From positions 1,750 through 65,749 of the forward strand of contig JACKFI010000001.1 of the NCBI GenBank assembly GCA_020632555.1: 64,000 bases of DNA, read 5' to 3'. The translations under genes were made by a program, and so were the position numbers. Below are positions 1 through 9,116 of the stretch, piece by piece; the stretch's first letter is position 1; each line of letters starts with the position of its first letter. The notes beneath the pieces were generated by a model that searched no databases, had not been told where the DNA came from, and saw only the letters and a list, made by a program, of their open reading frames with translations. Source of the DNA: Candidatus Omnitrophota bacterium (GTDB lineage: Bacteria > Omnitrophota > Gorgyraeia > Zapsychrales > JANLHA01).

Positions 1-540
1 GTCCAAATCATGTTTGGTTGTAACCCCTGCCGGCAAAATAATGTCCCTGACATGCACACTATCGCCAATTTCCAAAGCGCTGACATCGACATCCAAATGA
101 TTTGGAATTTGCGTCGGCAAACAAACAATATCCAATTCCCAAAGCACATGCTCCAAAGACCCGCCGTCACGTTTCACGCCGATCGGCTCACCTTTGGCCA
201 TCAAAGCAACTTCAACCGTAATTTTATCCGTCAAAGAAATTCGATTAAAATCAATATGAATGATCTGATCCGTGACCGGGTGATATTGCTCTTCTTTAAC
301 AATCGCGGTATAATCACGCAATTTCTTATCCGCCTGAAAAACATTTAAACGATAAACCACATTCTCACCATGATGTTCACGGCGAATGCGCTCATAAATT
401 TTCCGATTGACCTTCACGACAGTTGATGGCAATTTGCCGCCATAAACAACGCCCGGCACAAAATTCTCCCGCCGCACCGCCTTAGCGGCCGAGGTCCCAA
501 CAACCTCACGAACTTGAACATCCAAATCAATTTGTTCCAT
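1..540 (-). CDS. rplY: 50S ribosomal protein L25 / general stress protein Ctc (3' end runs off the window)
   Basis: Absent from the ORF track because there is no stop inside the window. My translation from ATG at 540 gives MEQIDLDVQVREVVGTSAAKAVRRENFVPGVVYGG..., an L25/Ctc-type N-terminus, open to position 1. It lies directly downstream of prs. The + ORF 10..348 is its antisense shadow. Confidence 0.8.
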   Translation of the reverse strand, partial: MEQIDLDVQVREVVGTSAAKAVRRENFVPGVVYGGKLPSTVVKVNRKIYERIRREHHGENVVYRLNVFQADKKLRDYTAIVKEEQYHPVTDQIIHIDFNRISLTDKITVEVALMAKGEPIGVKRDGGSLEHVLWELDIVCLPTQIPNHLDVDVSALEIGDSVHVRDIILPAGVTTKHDLD

Positions 541-624
541 TTTTGATTACCTGCCTTTTTCTGTTAATGATTTTCCTGGTGAAATGTCAACACCACGCTG
601 ACATTTGACTTTTTACTGATACCT

Positions 625-1590
625 CTACTTCATTTGGTTCTGTGTTTCTTCAAACAATATGCTAACAGACTCCTCATCATGAATCCGCTTAATCGCGTCG
701 GCCAAAAGCTGGGCAACCGACACAACCTTAATCTTGGGATATTCCGACTCCCGAGAAAAAGGAATACTATTGGTGATCACCAATTCTTTGATTCGCTGAC
801 AATTTTTCACTCGTTCCAAAGCACTGCCGGAAAGAATCCCATGACTAACCGCGGCATAAACATCTTTGACCCCGTTGCGCCCCAAAGCCTGCGCGGCATC
901 AACCAAAGAGCCAGCCGTCGCCACGATATCATCAACAATCACCGCGATTTTTCCCTTGACTTCACCTAAAATATGCATCACTTCTGTGGTCTCTGGTCCT
1001 TTGCGACGCTTATCCACCACAGCCAATTCCGCTCCCAAACGCTTAGCATAGGCACGCGCCATTTTAACTCCACCAACATCCGAGGTCACAACAACCAAAT
1101 CTTTGGGATTGATGTTTTTGCTGGCAATATAATCACACAACACATTAATCGCGTACAAATGATCCACGGGAATATCAAAAAACCCCTGAATTTGGCTGGC
1201 ATGCAAATCCATGGTTAAAACACGATTAGCTCCGGCGGCACAAATCAAATTGGCCACCAATTTGGCCGTAATCGGAACACGCGATTGGTCCTTGCGATCC
1301 TGACGAGCATAACCATAATAAGGAATAACAGCCGTAATCCGTTGTGCCGAAGCCCGACGGGCCGCATCCATCAAAATCAACATTTCCATCAAATTATCAT
1401 TTGCCGGCGGACACGTTGGCTGGATTATAAAAATGTCCCGGCCACGAATATTTTCTTTAATCTGAACGCGTATCTCTCCTTCACTAAAACGCCCCACCAA
1501 AACATCCGTCAAAGGAATACCCAATTGTTCAGCGATTTCCTGTGCCAATTTCGGATTCGAATTTCCCGTTAAAATCGCCATCCCATTCAT
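625..1590 (-). CDS. prs: Ribose-phosphate pyrophosphokinase (PRPP synthetase)
   Basis: 321 aa with PRPP synthetase hallmarks DLHASQIQGFFDIPVD and VDDIVATAGSL. Typical length and glmU-prs-ctc context. Confidence 0.95.
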   Translation of the reverse strand: MNGMAILTGNSNPKLAQEIAEQLGIPLTDVLVGRFSEGEIRVQIKENIRGRDIFIIQPTCPPANDNLMEMLILMDAARRASAQRITAVIPYYGYARQDRKDQSRVPITAKLVANLICAAGANRVLTMDLHASQIQGFFDIPVDHLYAINVLCDYIASKNINPKDLVVVTSDVGGVKMARAYAKRLGAELAVVDKRRKGPETTEVMHILGEVKGKIAVIVDDIVATAGSLVDAAQALGRNGVKDVYAAVSHGILSGSALERVKNCQRIKELVITNSIPFSRESEYPKIKVVSVAQLLADAIKRIHDEESVSILFEETQNQMK

Positions 1591-1607
1591 ATGACTTTTC
1601 CCTTCTG

Positions 1608-2876
1608 TTATTCTCTGTTTTTTCGCGGCACCATTCTCGCCGGAACACCCACAAAAATCTTGCCGTCGGGAATCACTTTACCCTTGGTCACCACCGAACC
1701 GGCGCCCGTCATCGCTCTTTTACCGACTTTAACCGGGGCGACCAAAATCGAATCTGAACCGATAAAAGCCCCATCGCCAATCACGGTGCGATGCTTGTCT
1801 TTGCCGTCAAAATTTGCCGTAATGGTTCCCGCACCGATGTTCACATCCCGTCCGACCAAAGCATCACCCAAGAAACTAAAATGTTTCATAAACGTCCGAC
1901 TACCTACCGTTGTCCGCGAAATTTCCGCGAAATTTCCCACTTCAACGGTATCATCAATCCGCGTCCCAGGACGAAGATGCGCGAAAGGGCCGATCACACA
2001 ATTTTTACCAATCACCACATCATTAGCAATGACCGTAAACGGCTTGATAATCGTATCCATTCCGATCTTCACACCCGCGGCAATACGCGTCGTCGCTGGG
2101 TCAACAATAGTGACGCCGCCCAGCATCGTATCTTTCAATATTTTCTGGTGCAAAATATTTGCGCAGGCAGAAAGATCTTCACGCGTATTAACACCCAAAC
2201 CCTCTTGAGGTTCCCGGGTCGTCAGTGTTTCAACGATGAACCCTTGACCGGATAAAAGAGCAACGATATCCGTCAAATAATATTCACCCTTGCGAACATT
2301 GACTTTAATCTTTTTTAAATTTTCAAATAACAGCTGGCTGTTAAAACAAAAAACACCGGAATTGATCTCTTGAATCTTTTTTTCCTGTTGAGTGCAATCC
2401 TTTTCTTCACGAATCGCAGTAACTCTGCCAGCATTATCCCGAATGATACGACCATATCCTTGACTTTGCGAAACCACGGCGGTCAAAACAGTCACGGCTG
2501 CCTTTTGACGACGATGACGCTTTATCAAAGATTGAATCGTTTGAACTAGCAATAGCGGCGTGTCCCCGCACAAAATCAAAATATCACCACGGAAATCTTT
2601 AAAAAACTTTGACGCGCTTTTGATCGCGTCCCCCGTGCCCAACAATTGCTTTTGTTCAACCGTCAAAATATCTTTTGATAAGTGAGCTCGAACTTTTTCA
2701 ATCCCATGCCCGAGGACAACGCATGTTTTATTGGAACCAACACGGCAAGCGATATCAATCACATAATCAATTAACCGACGGCCACACACTTCATGCAATA
2801 CTTTCGGTAAAGCGGATTTCATCCGCGTTCCCTTGCCAGCCGCTAAAATAATCGTCGCTAAAGAACTCATGCCCAT
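1608..2876 (-). CDS. glmU: Bifunctional GlmU (UDP-GlcNAc pyrophosphorylase / GlcN-1-P N-acetyltransferase)
   Basis: LAAGKGTRM nucleotidyltransferase motif plus a C-terminal hexapeptide-repeat region. Start chosen at ATG 2876, which shares its A with the TGA of the upstream hepT-like ORF (TGATG); the ORF track extends to 2903. Confidence 0.9.
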   Translation of the reverse strand: MGMSSLATIILAAGKGTRMKSALPKVLHEVCGRRLIDYVIDIACRVGSNKTCVVLGHGIEKVRAHLSKDILTVEQKQLLGTGDAIKSASKFFKDFRGDILILCGDTPLLLVQTIQSLIKRHRRQKAAVTVLTAVVSQSQGYGRIIRDNAGRVTAIREEKDCTQQEKKIQEINSGVFCFNSQLLFENLKKIKVNVRKGEYYLTDIVALLSGQGFIVETLTTREPQEGLGVNTREDLSACANILHQKILKDTMLGGVTIVDPATTRIAAGVKIGMDTIIKPFTVIANDVVIGKNCVIGPFAHLRPGTRIDDTVEVGNFAEISRTTVGSRTFMKHFSFLGDALVGRDVNIGAGTITANFDGKDKHRTVIGDGAFIGSDSILVAPVKVGKRAMTGAGSVVTKGKVIPDGKIFVGVPARMVPRKNRE

Positions 2877-3205
2877 CACTTCCGAATGCTGTCGACCTGA
2901 CACTTCAACACAGGCAATTTATTTTTAATAATATCCCAAAGAACCTCTAAATCAACATTGAAATACTCATGCGCAAGGATATCTCTTAACCCAGCTATTT
3001 TTTTCCATTCAATTTCTAAATTTCTATTCTTTAAAACCGCCGGTGTCTTTTTTGCCGCTTCACCGATAATCTCTAAGTTGCGAACAACCCCATCAATAAT
3101 CAGATCATTCTTCCGGAACTGCGTAAAAGTTAATCCTGCGGTGTAATGCTCGACCTTAACGATCGCCGCATAAATATCATCGAGATATAAATTGTGGTCA
3201 CGCAT
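2876..3205 (-). CDS. hepT: HepT-like (DUF86) toxin of a HepT/MntA pair
   Basis: RX4HXY-type motif present as RDILAHEY. About 110 aa and overlaps the upstream nucleotidyltransferase ORF. The ORF-track start 3220 is TTG; ATG at 3205 or 3214 is more likely. Confidence 0.75.
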   Translation of the reverse strand: MRDHNLYLDDIYAAIVKVEHYTAGLTFTQFRKNDLIIDGVVRNLEIIGEAAKKTPAVLKNRNLEIEWKKIAGLRDILAHEYFNVDLEVLWDIIKNKLPVLKCQVDSIRK

Positions 3206-3491
3206 AAATAACATCAGCAAGTACTTGATCTTTGATCCTAGCCTTTAAAGCATCTTTCATCACAAGATCAACCTTACGGGAAAATAATTTCTCCAAATAG
3301 AACTTCAAATTCATATAATTATCAAATGTCTTCTGTTCACGGTCAAACTCAACTAAAACATCCACATCACTTCGTGAATTCTGACAAGACTTGGCAAACG
3401 AACCAAAAATGCCCAACTTTTTAACGCCATAGGAATTGAACTCACGCGCATGCTGTTTAATAATAATTAAGATTTTACTTTTTGTGAGCAT
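3198..3491 (-). CDS. mntA: MntA-like minimal nucleotidyltransferase antitoxin
   Basis: GIFGSFAKS...SDVDVLVEF matches the GS-X10-DXD minimal nucleotidyltransferase signature. 97 aa, overlapping the hepT-like ORF. Confidence 0.75.
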   Translation of the reverse strand: MLTKSKILIIIKQHAREFNSYGVKKLGIFGSFAKSCQNSRSDVDVLVEFDREQKTFDNYMNLKFYLEKLFSRKVDLVMKDALKARIKDQVLADVIYA

Positions 3492-3494
3492 TGA

Positions 3495-3806
3495 TTATCC
3501 CCTTGGGGCGTTCGTTAATTCTAATTTCTTTTTGCGCGGCCAACTTTTTATTTCACATTCCCGTTTAAGAGCTTGACTGCGTCCGCGCGCCTTTTCCCAA
3601 TACACAATTTGCTTAACCCCAAACGTCCGTGTGAATTTTCCGCCATTGCCGCTTTGATGCTGCTTAAATCTTCGTTCCAAATCACCCGTAATGCCCGTGT
3701 ACAAATCCCCATTGCCACATTCTAAAACATAAACACACCACGCCAATTTTTTCTTAGCTGGCTTTTTCTTGGCCGGCTTGTTCTTTTGGGCAGGTTTACT
3801 TTTCAT
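3495..3806 (-). CDS. GIY-YIG domain protein with a lysine-rich N-terminal tail
   Basis: YVYVLECGNGDLYTGITGDLERRFKQH is a GIY-YIG (UPF0213-like) motif, preceded by KPAKKKPAKKK. Confidence 0.75.
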   Translation of the reverse strand: MKSKPAQKNKPAKKKPAKKKLAWCVYVLECGNGDLYTGITGDLERRFKQHQSGNGGKFTRTFGVKQIVYWEKARGRSQALKRECEIKSWPRKKKLELTNAPRG

Positions 3807-4131
3807 TGAGAAACAACAGCAGAATAATCAAATGCACCTTACAAAATCTTAATTTGCGCACAAAACGCTCAGCATGACTGAGCCTGCCAATTTTCAAAGC
3901 AGTCAAACAGGCATTAAACATATACATACTGCCCAGCCAGTACCGTGTTCTACAAATCCTTAAAATTATCTCAGCGATCACGGTACTGTGTACTATGTTT
4001 CCTCTAAAGCCTATCTCAGAAAAACATAGTGCCAGGGCTGCTTCGCACGGAGTGCTCAGCACTCCCTCGGACATTTCGTCCTCGGTCGCGAACTATTGCT
4101 TCGCAATAGTTCGTCACATTCTGTTGAACAT

Positions 4132-4170
4132 GTATACATTTAAAAGGCCATCGGCCTTTTAAATGTATAC
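4132..4170 (-). terminator. Perfect 18-bp hairpin immediately 3' of tRNA-Gln
   Basis: GTATACATTTAAAAGGCC-atc-GGCCTTTTAAATGTATAC abuts the tRNA 3' end. There is no clear U-tract after it, so terminator function is inferred only. Confidence 0.4.
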
Positions 4171-4241
4171 TGCCCAGCCAGGGCTCGAACCTGGAAAACG
4201 AGATCCAAATTCTCGTGTGTTACCAATTACACCACCGGGCA
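4171..4241 (-). tRNA. tRNA-Gln (anticodon UUG)
   Basis: The reverse complement folds by hand into a 71-nt cloverleaf: acceptor TGCCCGG/CTGGGCA, D stem GTGT/ACAC, anticodon stem CGAGA/TCTCG with loop ATTTGGA, T arm CCAGG-TTCGAGC-CCTGG. CCA is not encoded. G at position 37 is slightly unusual. Confidence 0.8.
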
Positions 4242-4273
4242 AAAACTTAAACGTAAAACATCAACTTTATATT

Positions 4274-4356
4274 AGTTGACTTGAAAATTCTTTTTAAGCG
4301 AATAGCGCCATAGAGGCGCCAAACAATTGAGCCATAAAAGGATTTTCAAGTCAACT
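4274..4356 (-). repeat. X element copy 1: conserved 36-nt core inside a locus-specific 15-bp stem
   Basis: Arms AGTTGACTTGAAAAT (4274..4288) and ATTTTCAAGTCAACT (4342..4356) are perfectly complementary. On the minus strand the core reads GGCTCAATTGTTTGGCGCCTCTATGGCGCTATTCGC, identical to copy 2. Confidence 0.85.
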
Positions 4357-4396
4357 TAATTTGCAAACCCTATTCAATATTTTCACTAACATCTCT

Positions 4397-5254
4397 TTAA
4401 AACGTGCTGACCACAAAAACGCGAGCATAAAATCGCCGCAAATCTTTTGCTGCCGCACGCGCCATCTTTTCCGACGCAGCTAACCCATAACACGCCGGCC
4501 CGCTGCCCGAAAAAGCAACCCCACAAAATCCATATTGACACAAACGCTCTTTAACCCGCGCAAGCTGCGGAGCCATACTCAAAATGCTTGTTTCCAAATC
4601 GTTATGAAGTAAATCACCGGCTTGAAAAACAGATTTTTTTTGTAAAGCAAGAGTCAAAATACTAACATCCGCCCCTTTTTTTGTCAACTTCAAATTAAGT
4701 CCGGTAAAAACAGCTTTTGAGTACATCTTCATACGGGCAACCACAACCACATGCCACAGTTTTTGCCTGATTTTTAGCGGAGATATAATCTCACCGCGGC
4801 CTTCTCCCAAAGCCCAAGAAGTGTCATACAAAAAGAACGCCACATCACTGCCGATTTGCGCCCCCAAATCAACCAACTGCCTGGAAGAAAGACCCAATTT
4901 CCAAATTCGATTAAGCCCCAAAAGCGTTGTGGCCGCATTACTTGAACCCCCCGCCAAACCTGCGGCAACCGGGATATTTTTCTTAATCCTAATCGTCACT
5001 CCTTGTTGAATACCAAACCGCGTCTGCAACAAACGGGCAACTCGATAAACCAAATTTTTGGGTCCTTTGGGTACTTGCGGATGACTACAAAGAATTTGAA
5101 TTTTACCGCTCTGATTGCCAACCAAACGAATTTCATCACATAAACTGATACGTTCAAAAATCGTTTCCAAATTATGATAATGATCCGGTCTTTTACCGAG
5201 GACTTTAAGAAAAAGGTTGAGTTTTGCTGGTGAACGCAGAAGAAGAGTTGACAT
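4397..5254 (-). CDS. ispE: 4-diphosphocytidyl-2-C-methyl-D-erythritol kinase
   Basis: 285 aa with PAKLNLFLKV..KRPDHYH and GLAGGSSNAA GHMP-kinase motifs. Confidence 0.9.
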   Translation of the reverse strand: MSTLLLRSPAKLNLFLKVLGKRPDHYHNLETIFERISLCDEIRLVGNQSGKIQILCSHPQVPKGPKNLVYRVARLLQTRFGIQQGVTIRIKKNIPVAAGLAGGSSNAATTLLGLNRIWKLGLSSRQLVDLGAQIGSDVAFFLYDTSWALGEGRGEIISPLKIRQKLWHVVVVARMKMYSKAVFTGLNLKLTKKGADVSILTLALQKKSVFQAGDLLHNDLETSILSMAPQLARVKERLCQYGFCGVAFSGSGPACYGLAASEKMARAAAKDLRRFYARVFVVSTF

Positions 5255-5259
5255 GCACT

Positions 5260-6243
5260 TTAAAGGGAATCGAGAGCTTTTAATTTCTTAACAACCTGAT
5301 CTTGATTAGGATTTAATCCAATCGAAAGTTTCCAAAATTTCTTTGCAATAACTTTGTCGCCCATCTTGAAATAAACATCTCCTAAATGTTCATAAATAGC
5401 AGGATCCTGTAATAAACTTGAGGCTTTATTTAAATAATTAAGCGCGGCAGTGTAATCACCTTTTTTGAAGTAAACCCACCCCAAGCTGTCTAAATAGGCA
5501 CCATTTTTAGGCGCAATTTTAACGGCGCGCTGCACAAGCTCCAAAGCTTCATCCAAACGAGCGCCATCCTCCGCGTACAAATACCCTAAAGAATTCAATG
5601 CTTCATCATGATCCGGTTCAATCTTCAAAGCCCGCACAAATAATTCCAAAGCCTTATCGCGGTTCTTAATTTCCAAATACAAAGAACCAATCAAATAGAC
5701 CAGATCCGCGTTTTCCGTCGGCTCAAATGCTAAAACTTTTTCGAATTGCTGAATCGCCTTCTCATAATCTTTTTTTGAATAATACAACTGCCCAAGATAT
5801 CCATAAATCTCAACGTTCTGCGGATCGGCAATCGCCAATGATGTTAAAATCTTTTCGTATTCTTCAGCTGCTTTGTCGTAATCTTTTTTTATCGTATAAA
5901 TCAAGGCCAGCAAATAGCGTCCCTGCACATTGTCCGGATCATCTTTAAGCAAAGCATCCAATTCTTTTTTCGCTTCATCCAATTTTCCCAAACGCGCATA
6001 ATCGGCACCCAAACGCAAACGCACCGCGCTGGAATGCTCAAATTTCGCGCTGTGTTCATAAGCACTGATCGCCTGATCAGTGTCTCCTTTAAGATCATGG
6101 ATAACGCCCATCGCATACGCGCTGATTGAATTAACCTGATCCTCTTGGGAATTCATAGCAAAAGAAAAGGAGAGATGAGAAAATACAAAAAATAGCGGTG
6201 CTATGGTCCACAAAAGAAATTTGCCGAATATTTTTGACTTCAT
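5260..6243 (-). CDS. Secreted tetratricopeptide-repeat protein
   Basis: N-terminal hydrophobic signal-like segment followed by many TPR-like A..Y...G....A repeats (for example YLLALIYTIKKDYDKAAEEYEKIL). Confidence 0.75.
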   Translation of the reverse strand: MKSKIFGKFLLWTIAPLFFVFSHLSFSFAMNSQEDQVNSISAYAMGVIHDLKGDTDQAISAYEHSAKFEHSSAVRLRLGADYARLGKLDEAKKELDALLKDDPDNVQGRYLLALIYTIKKDYDKAAEEYEKILTSLAIADPQNVEIYGYLGQLYYSKKDYEKAIQQFEKVLAFEPTENADLVYLIGSLYLEIKNRDKALELFVRALKIEPDHDEALNSLGYLYAEDGARLDEALELVQRAVKIAPKNGAYLDSLGWVYFKKGDYTAALNYLNKASSLLQDPAIYEHLGDVYFKMGDKVIAKKFWKLSIGLNPNQDQVVKKLKALDSL

Positions 6244-6292
6244 GGGAGGAAACTCCTACCTGAGGTTTCATCGTAATGACATATCATTTCAA

Positions 6293-6327
6293 CAGAAAAC
6301 CATGTCCCTAAAGAACATGGCCTTCTG
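6293..6327 (-). terminator. Hairpin downstream of the small basic-protein gene
   Basis: On the minus strand, CAGAAGGCCATGT...ACATGGTTTTCTG forms 13 pairs including two G-U. These would be A-C mismatches on the plus strand, so the fold is strand-specific. Confidence 0.4.
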
Positions 6328-6341
6328 TCAAAAATGAAAAA

Positions 6342-6443
6342 TTACGCCCAATCGCGTTTCTTAAGATGACGCAGCGCTTTACGAACTTTTTTGCGCTTGT
6401 GCGTCCGGATCTTTCGAAGTTTGCGTTTTCTTCCGCAAGGCAT
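6342..6443 (-). CDS. 33-aa highly basic protein (bS22 / AURKAIP1-COX24-like)
   Basis: Below the ORF-track size cut-off. My translation is MPCGRKRKLRKIRTHKRKKVRKALRHLKKRDWA, 16 nt downstream of hisG and followed by a hairpin. It resembles the small Arg/Lys-rich ribosome-associated peptides. Confidence 0.5.
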   Translation of the reverse strand: MPCGRKRKLRKIRTHKRKKVRKALRHLKKRDWA

Positions 6444-6458
6444 ATACTGCTCCGTATG

Positions 6459-7334
6459 TTAATAAATAATCTTATTCAGACTATATTCAATGATACCTTC
6501 TGCGCCAGCCAATTTCAACTGTGGCACAAGGATGCGTACTTTACTCTCATGAATCACCGTTTCAACAGCCAGCCAACCTTTTTGACTAAGTGTTGAAATC
6601 GTTGGGTTTTTAAGCGAACTCAAAAGACTTAAAATTTTTTGCAAATTCTTTTCTTCGACATTCAGCTTCAAACACACCATGCCTTCAGCGGCAATGGCGC
6701 CCCCCAACAAAACCGCAATCTGATCCATCTTGGCTTTTTTCCAAGAATCTTTGGCAGCAGCCTTATTGGCAATAAATTGGGTCGTAGACTCACACAAAGT
6801 CGTGACAATGCGCAAATTATGCGCTTTCAAACTGCTGCCCGTTTCCGTCAATTCAACAATCGCGTCCACCAAACCCGTCGCAACTTTAGCTTCCGTCGCC
6901 CCCCAGCTAAACTCAACATCCGCTTTCACTTTATTAGTCTTTAAATAATTGCGCGTTACATTGACTAATTCCGTCGCTAAGCGCTTGCCTTCTAAATCTT
7001 TAACCGATTTGATATTCGAAGCATTGGGAACAGCTAAAACCCAGCGAACTTTTACTGAGGATGTTTTGGCATACACTAAATCAGAAATCGTATGGATTTT
7101 TGACTCATTTTCCAATATCCAATCCGCACCTGTAATGCCGCAATCCAAAACGCCTTGCTCCACGTACCGCGACATTTCTTGCGCGCGCAAAAGCACCAAT
7201 TCAATCTCTGGATCATCGATCGTCGGGAAATAGGACCTTCCCGAGACATGAACCTTATAACCGGCCCGCTCAAAAACTTTAACGGTGGCTTCCTGCAAAC
7301 TTCCTTTAGGCAAACCTAATTTTAATTTTGGCAT
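6459..7334 (-). CDS. hisG: ATP phosphoribosyltransferase (long form)
   Basis: 291 aa with N-terminus [15 protein letters not shown] typical of HisG, plus a C-terminal regulatory domain. Confidence 0.9.
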   Translation of the reverse strand: MPKLKLGLPKGSLQEATVKVFERAGYKVHVSGRSYFPTIDDPEIELVLLRAQEMSRYVEQGVLDCGITGADWILENESKIHTISDLVYAKTSSVKVRWVLAVPNASNIKSVKDLEGKRLATELVNVTRNYLKTNKVKADVEFSWGATEAKVATGLVDAIVELTETGSSLKAHNLRIVTTLCESTTQFIANKAAAKDSWKKAKMDQIAVLLGGAIAAEGMVCLKLNVEEKNLQKILSLLSSLKNPTISTLSQKGWLAVETVIHESKVRILVPQLKLAGAEGIIEYSLNKIIY

Positions 7335-7401
7335 AAGTCTTTTTCCTTTTTAAACAAGGCGCCATTATACCCATCGGCACGTCTGTTGTAAAGAAATTTT
7401 C

Positions 7402-7430
7402 TTGTCAAAGCCTAAAGTGACGGATATACT
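7402..7430 (+). promoter_or_regulatory. Candidate sigma70-type promoter for the PpiD-like gene
   Basis: TTGTCA, 17 nt, TATACT in the divergent intergenic region, about 100 nt upstream of ATG 7534, which has an AGGAG RBS. Confidence 0.35.
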
Positions 7431-7533
7431 GCTTCTTCTTAAACTTGCAAATTGGTAATTTTAGTATTTTTTAAGGAAAGCAATACAATGCCCAACTTAA
7501 CAAAAAATTTCACATTCAAAATGAGGAGTAGCA

Positions 7534-9057
7534 ATGCTTAAAATTCTTCGCAGAAAAGGTGTATCCAAGATTATTCTCTGGTTTTTAGCAGGTATTATCA
7601 TTCTGGCTTTTGGTGTTTTTGGCTCCACCTACCGAATGGAATCCAGCGCCGATAAAAAACAAAAATATGCCGGCCGCGTGTTTGGACAAAAGATTCTTAC
7701 TGCTGATTTTCAAAACCAATTGAAACAAACGATCATCATGGACAGAATCAACTATGGAAACAATTACGAAAAAATCAAGCATCTCTTAGACCAAGACCGC
7801 GTGCAAAGAACTTGGGTTAGGCTGCTTCTGCTTAAGGAAGCGGAAAAACGCAATATCATAATTTCTGATCCAGATCTGATCAAAGCCATTATGGCGTACC
7901 CTAAATTTCAAATCTCCGACAAATTCAATGACCTTTACTACAAAGACATTTTGAAGAATTACCTCCAGATTAACGCTCGCGATTTTGAAGAATGCTTCCG
8001 TGACAAACTCAAAATCGACAATATCATGGCTCAAGAAACAGCGACCATCTCTGTCACGGAAGAAGAAACCGCAGAAGCTTACCGTCAATACAATGAGAAA
8101 GTTCAAGTCAGCTACATATTTTTTGGCAATGAAAATTTTAAGGATCAAGTTTCAGCTGACGAAGAAGCCATAAAGAAATATTATCAAGACCACAAAAATC
8201 AATTTGCCACACCCCCAATGATTAATGCGGAATTTCTACGTTTTAATTTTCCCAAACCAACACAATCACCCAAAAATCAGGAAACCCCCAGCATCAGCGA
8301 CGAGGACAAAGACGCGACCTGGCGTCAAGCTTATGATGCCCGCCAAGAATTAAAAACCAATCCTGACTTTGCCGTTGTTGCCGCAAAAAATAGCATCCCT
8401 GTCGAAGAAAGCGGATTTTTCAGTATGGAACAACCGAATCTGAAAGCTGGCTGGCCGTTCGAATTATTACAAAAAATCTTTGAAATGAAACCTGATGATA
8501 TCAGCGATCCTATTGAAACCGCAACCGGCTATCAAATTTTGCACGTCAAAGAACGCAAAGATGCCGCTATGCCAGAATTAAGTGAAATCAAAGACATTGT
8601 CACCGACCAATGGAAGCTCACCCAAGCCGCCCGACTGGCGCAAGCCAAAGCTACCGAAACCCTAAAAACAATTCGCGCATTAAGCGCTACAAAGCCAGAC
8701 TTCGCACAAATAGCCAAAGATGCAAAACTTGAACTTATACAAATTCCCGCATTCGGCCACAATGAAAACTACCTGCCTAAACTTGGGCCAGCACCGGACT
8801 TTATCGAAAAAGCTTTCGCTTTAACACCCGACAACCCCATCAGCGAGATTGCGCAAACATCCAAAGGCTATTGTATTATTCATCTGGATGGTCGCACCGA
8901 GGCAGATATGACTGACTTTGAAAAAGAAAAAGAAAAATACACCAATGCCCTGTTGATGGAAAAGAAAAGCAAAGCATTTAATGATTTCCTGACCCATCTG
9001 CGGCTAAAAGCCAATTTAGAATCGTATCTGCCTGAAGACAAAAAACTTTTCCGCTAG
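7534..9057 (+). CDS. PpiD/SurA-N-like periplasmic chaperone (parvulin-type PPIase domain protein)
   Basis: 507 aa with an N-terminal membrane anchor, a SurA-N-like region and a parvulin-like segment (ATGYQILHVKERK). Confidence 0.7.
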   Translation: MLKILRRKGVSKIILWFLAGIIILAFGVFGSTYRMESSADKKQKYAGRVFGQKILTADFQNQLKQTIIMDRINYGNNYEKIKHLLDQDRVQRTWVRLLLLKEAEKRNIIISDPDLIKAIMAYPKFQISDKFNDLYYKDILKNYLQINARDFEECFRDKLKIDNIMAQETATISVTEEETAEAYRQYNEKVQVSYIFFGNENFKDQVSADEEAIKKYYQDHKNQFATPPMINAEFLRFNFPKPTQSPKNQETPSISDEDKDATWRQAYDARQELKTNPDFAVVAAKNSIPVEESGFFSMEQPNLKAGWPFELLQKIFEMKPDDISDPIETATGYQILHVKERKDAAMPELSEIKDIVTDQWKLTQAARLAQAKATETLKTIRALSATKPDFAQIAKDAKLELIQIPAFGHNENYLPKLGPAPDFIEKAFALTPDNPISEIAQTSKGYCIIHLDGRTEADMTDFEKEKEKYTNALLMEKKSKAFNDFLTHLRLKANLESYLPEDKKLFR

Positions 9058-9082
9058 CTACACGCTGATTACACAATAAAAA

Positions 9083-9110
9083 ACCCCGTGCCAAATGCGC
9101 GGGGTTTTTT
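9083..9110 (+). terminator. Rho-independent terminator of the PpiD-like gene
   Basis: ACCCCGTG-ccaaatg-CGCGGGGT stem-loop followed by TTTTTT, 26 nt after the stop. Confidence 0.8.
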
Positions 9111-9116
9111 ATTATA

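Noticed and set aside
10-348. 112-aa + strand ORF at the window start
   Set aside because: The minus strand here encodes a clear L25/Ctc N-terminus that is open to the window edge, so the + ORF is its shadow.
1591-2208. Long + strand ORFs antisense to well-supported minus-strand genes (also 27263..27787, 28142..28687, 39308..39823, 50678..51223, 13149..13613 and others)
   Set aside because: Each is fully contained in a minus-strand gene with clear family motifs. Their proteins are low-complexity or biased (Arg/Asn/His-rich) and carry no motifs. They are shadow ORFs.
3796-4074. 92-aa minus-strand ORF between the GIY-YIG gene and tRNA-Gln
   Set aside because: It runs through hairpins and the duplicated tRNA 3' end. 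It has no RBS, odd composition and no recognisable motif. I treat it as non-coding.
2876-4241. Integrated genomic island or prophage at tRNA-Gln
   Set aside because: There are no integrase, transposase or phage genes. The duplicated tRNA 3' end brackets only about 225 nt of non-coding hairpins, not the TA/GIY-YIG genes.
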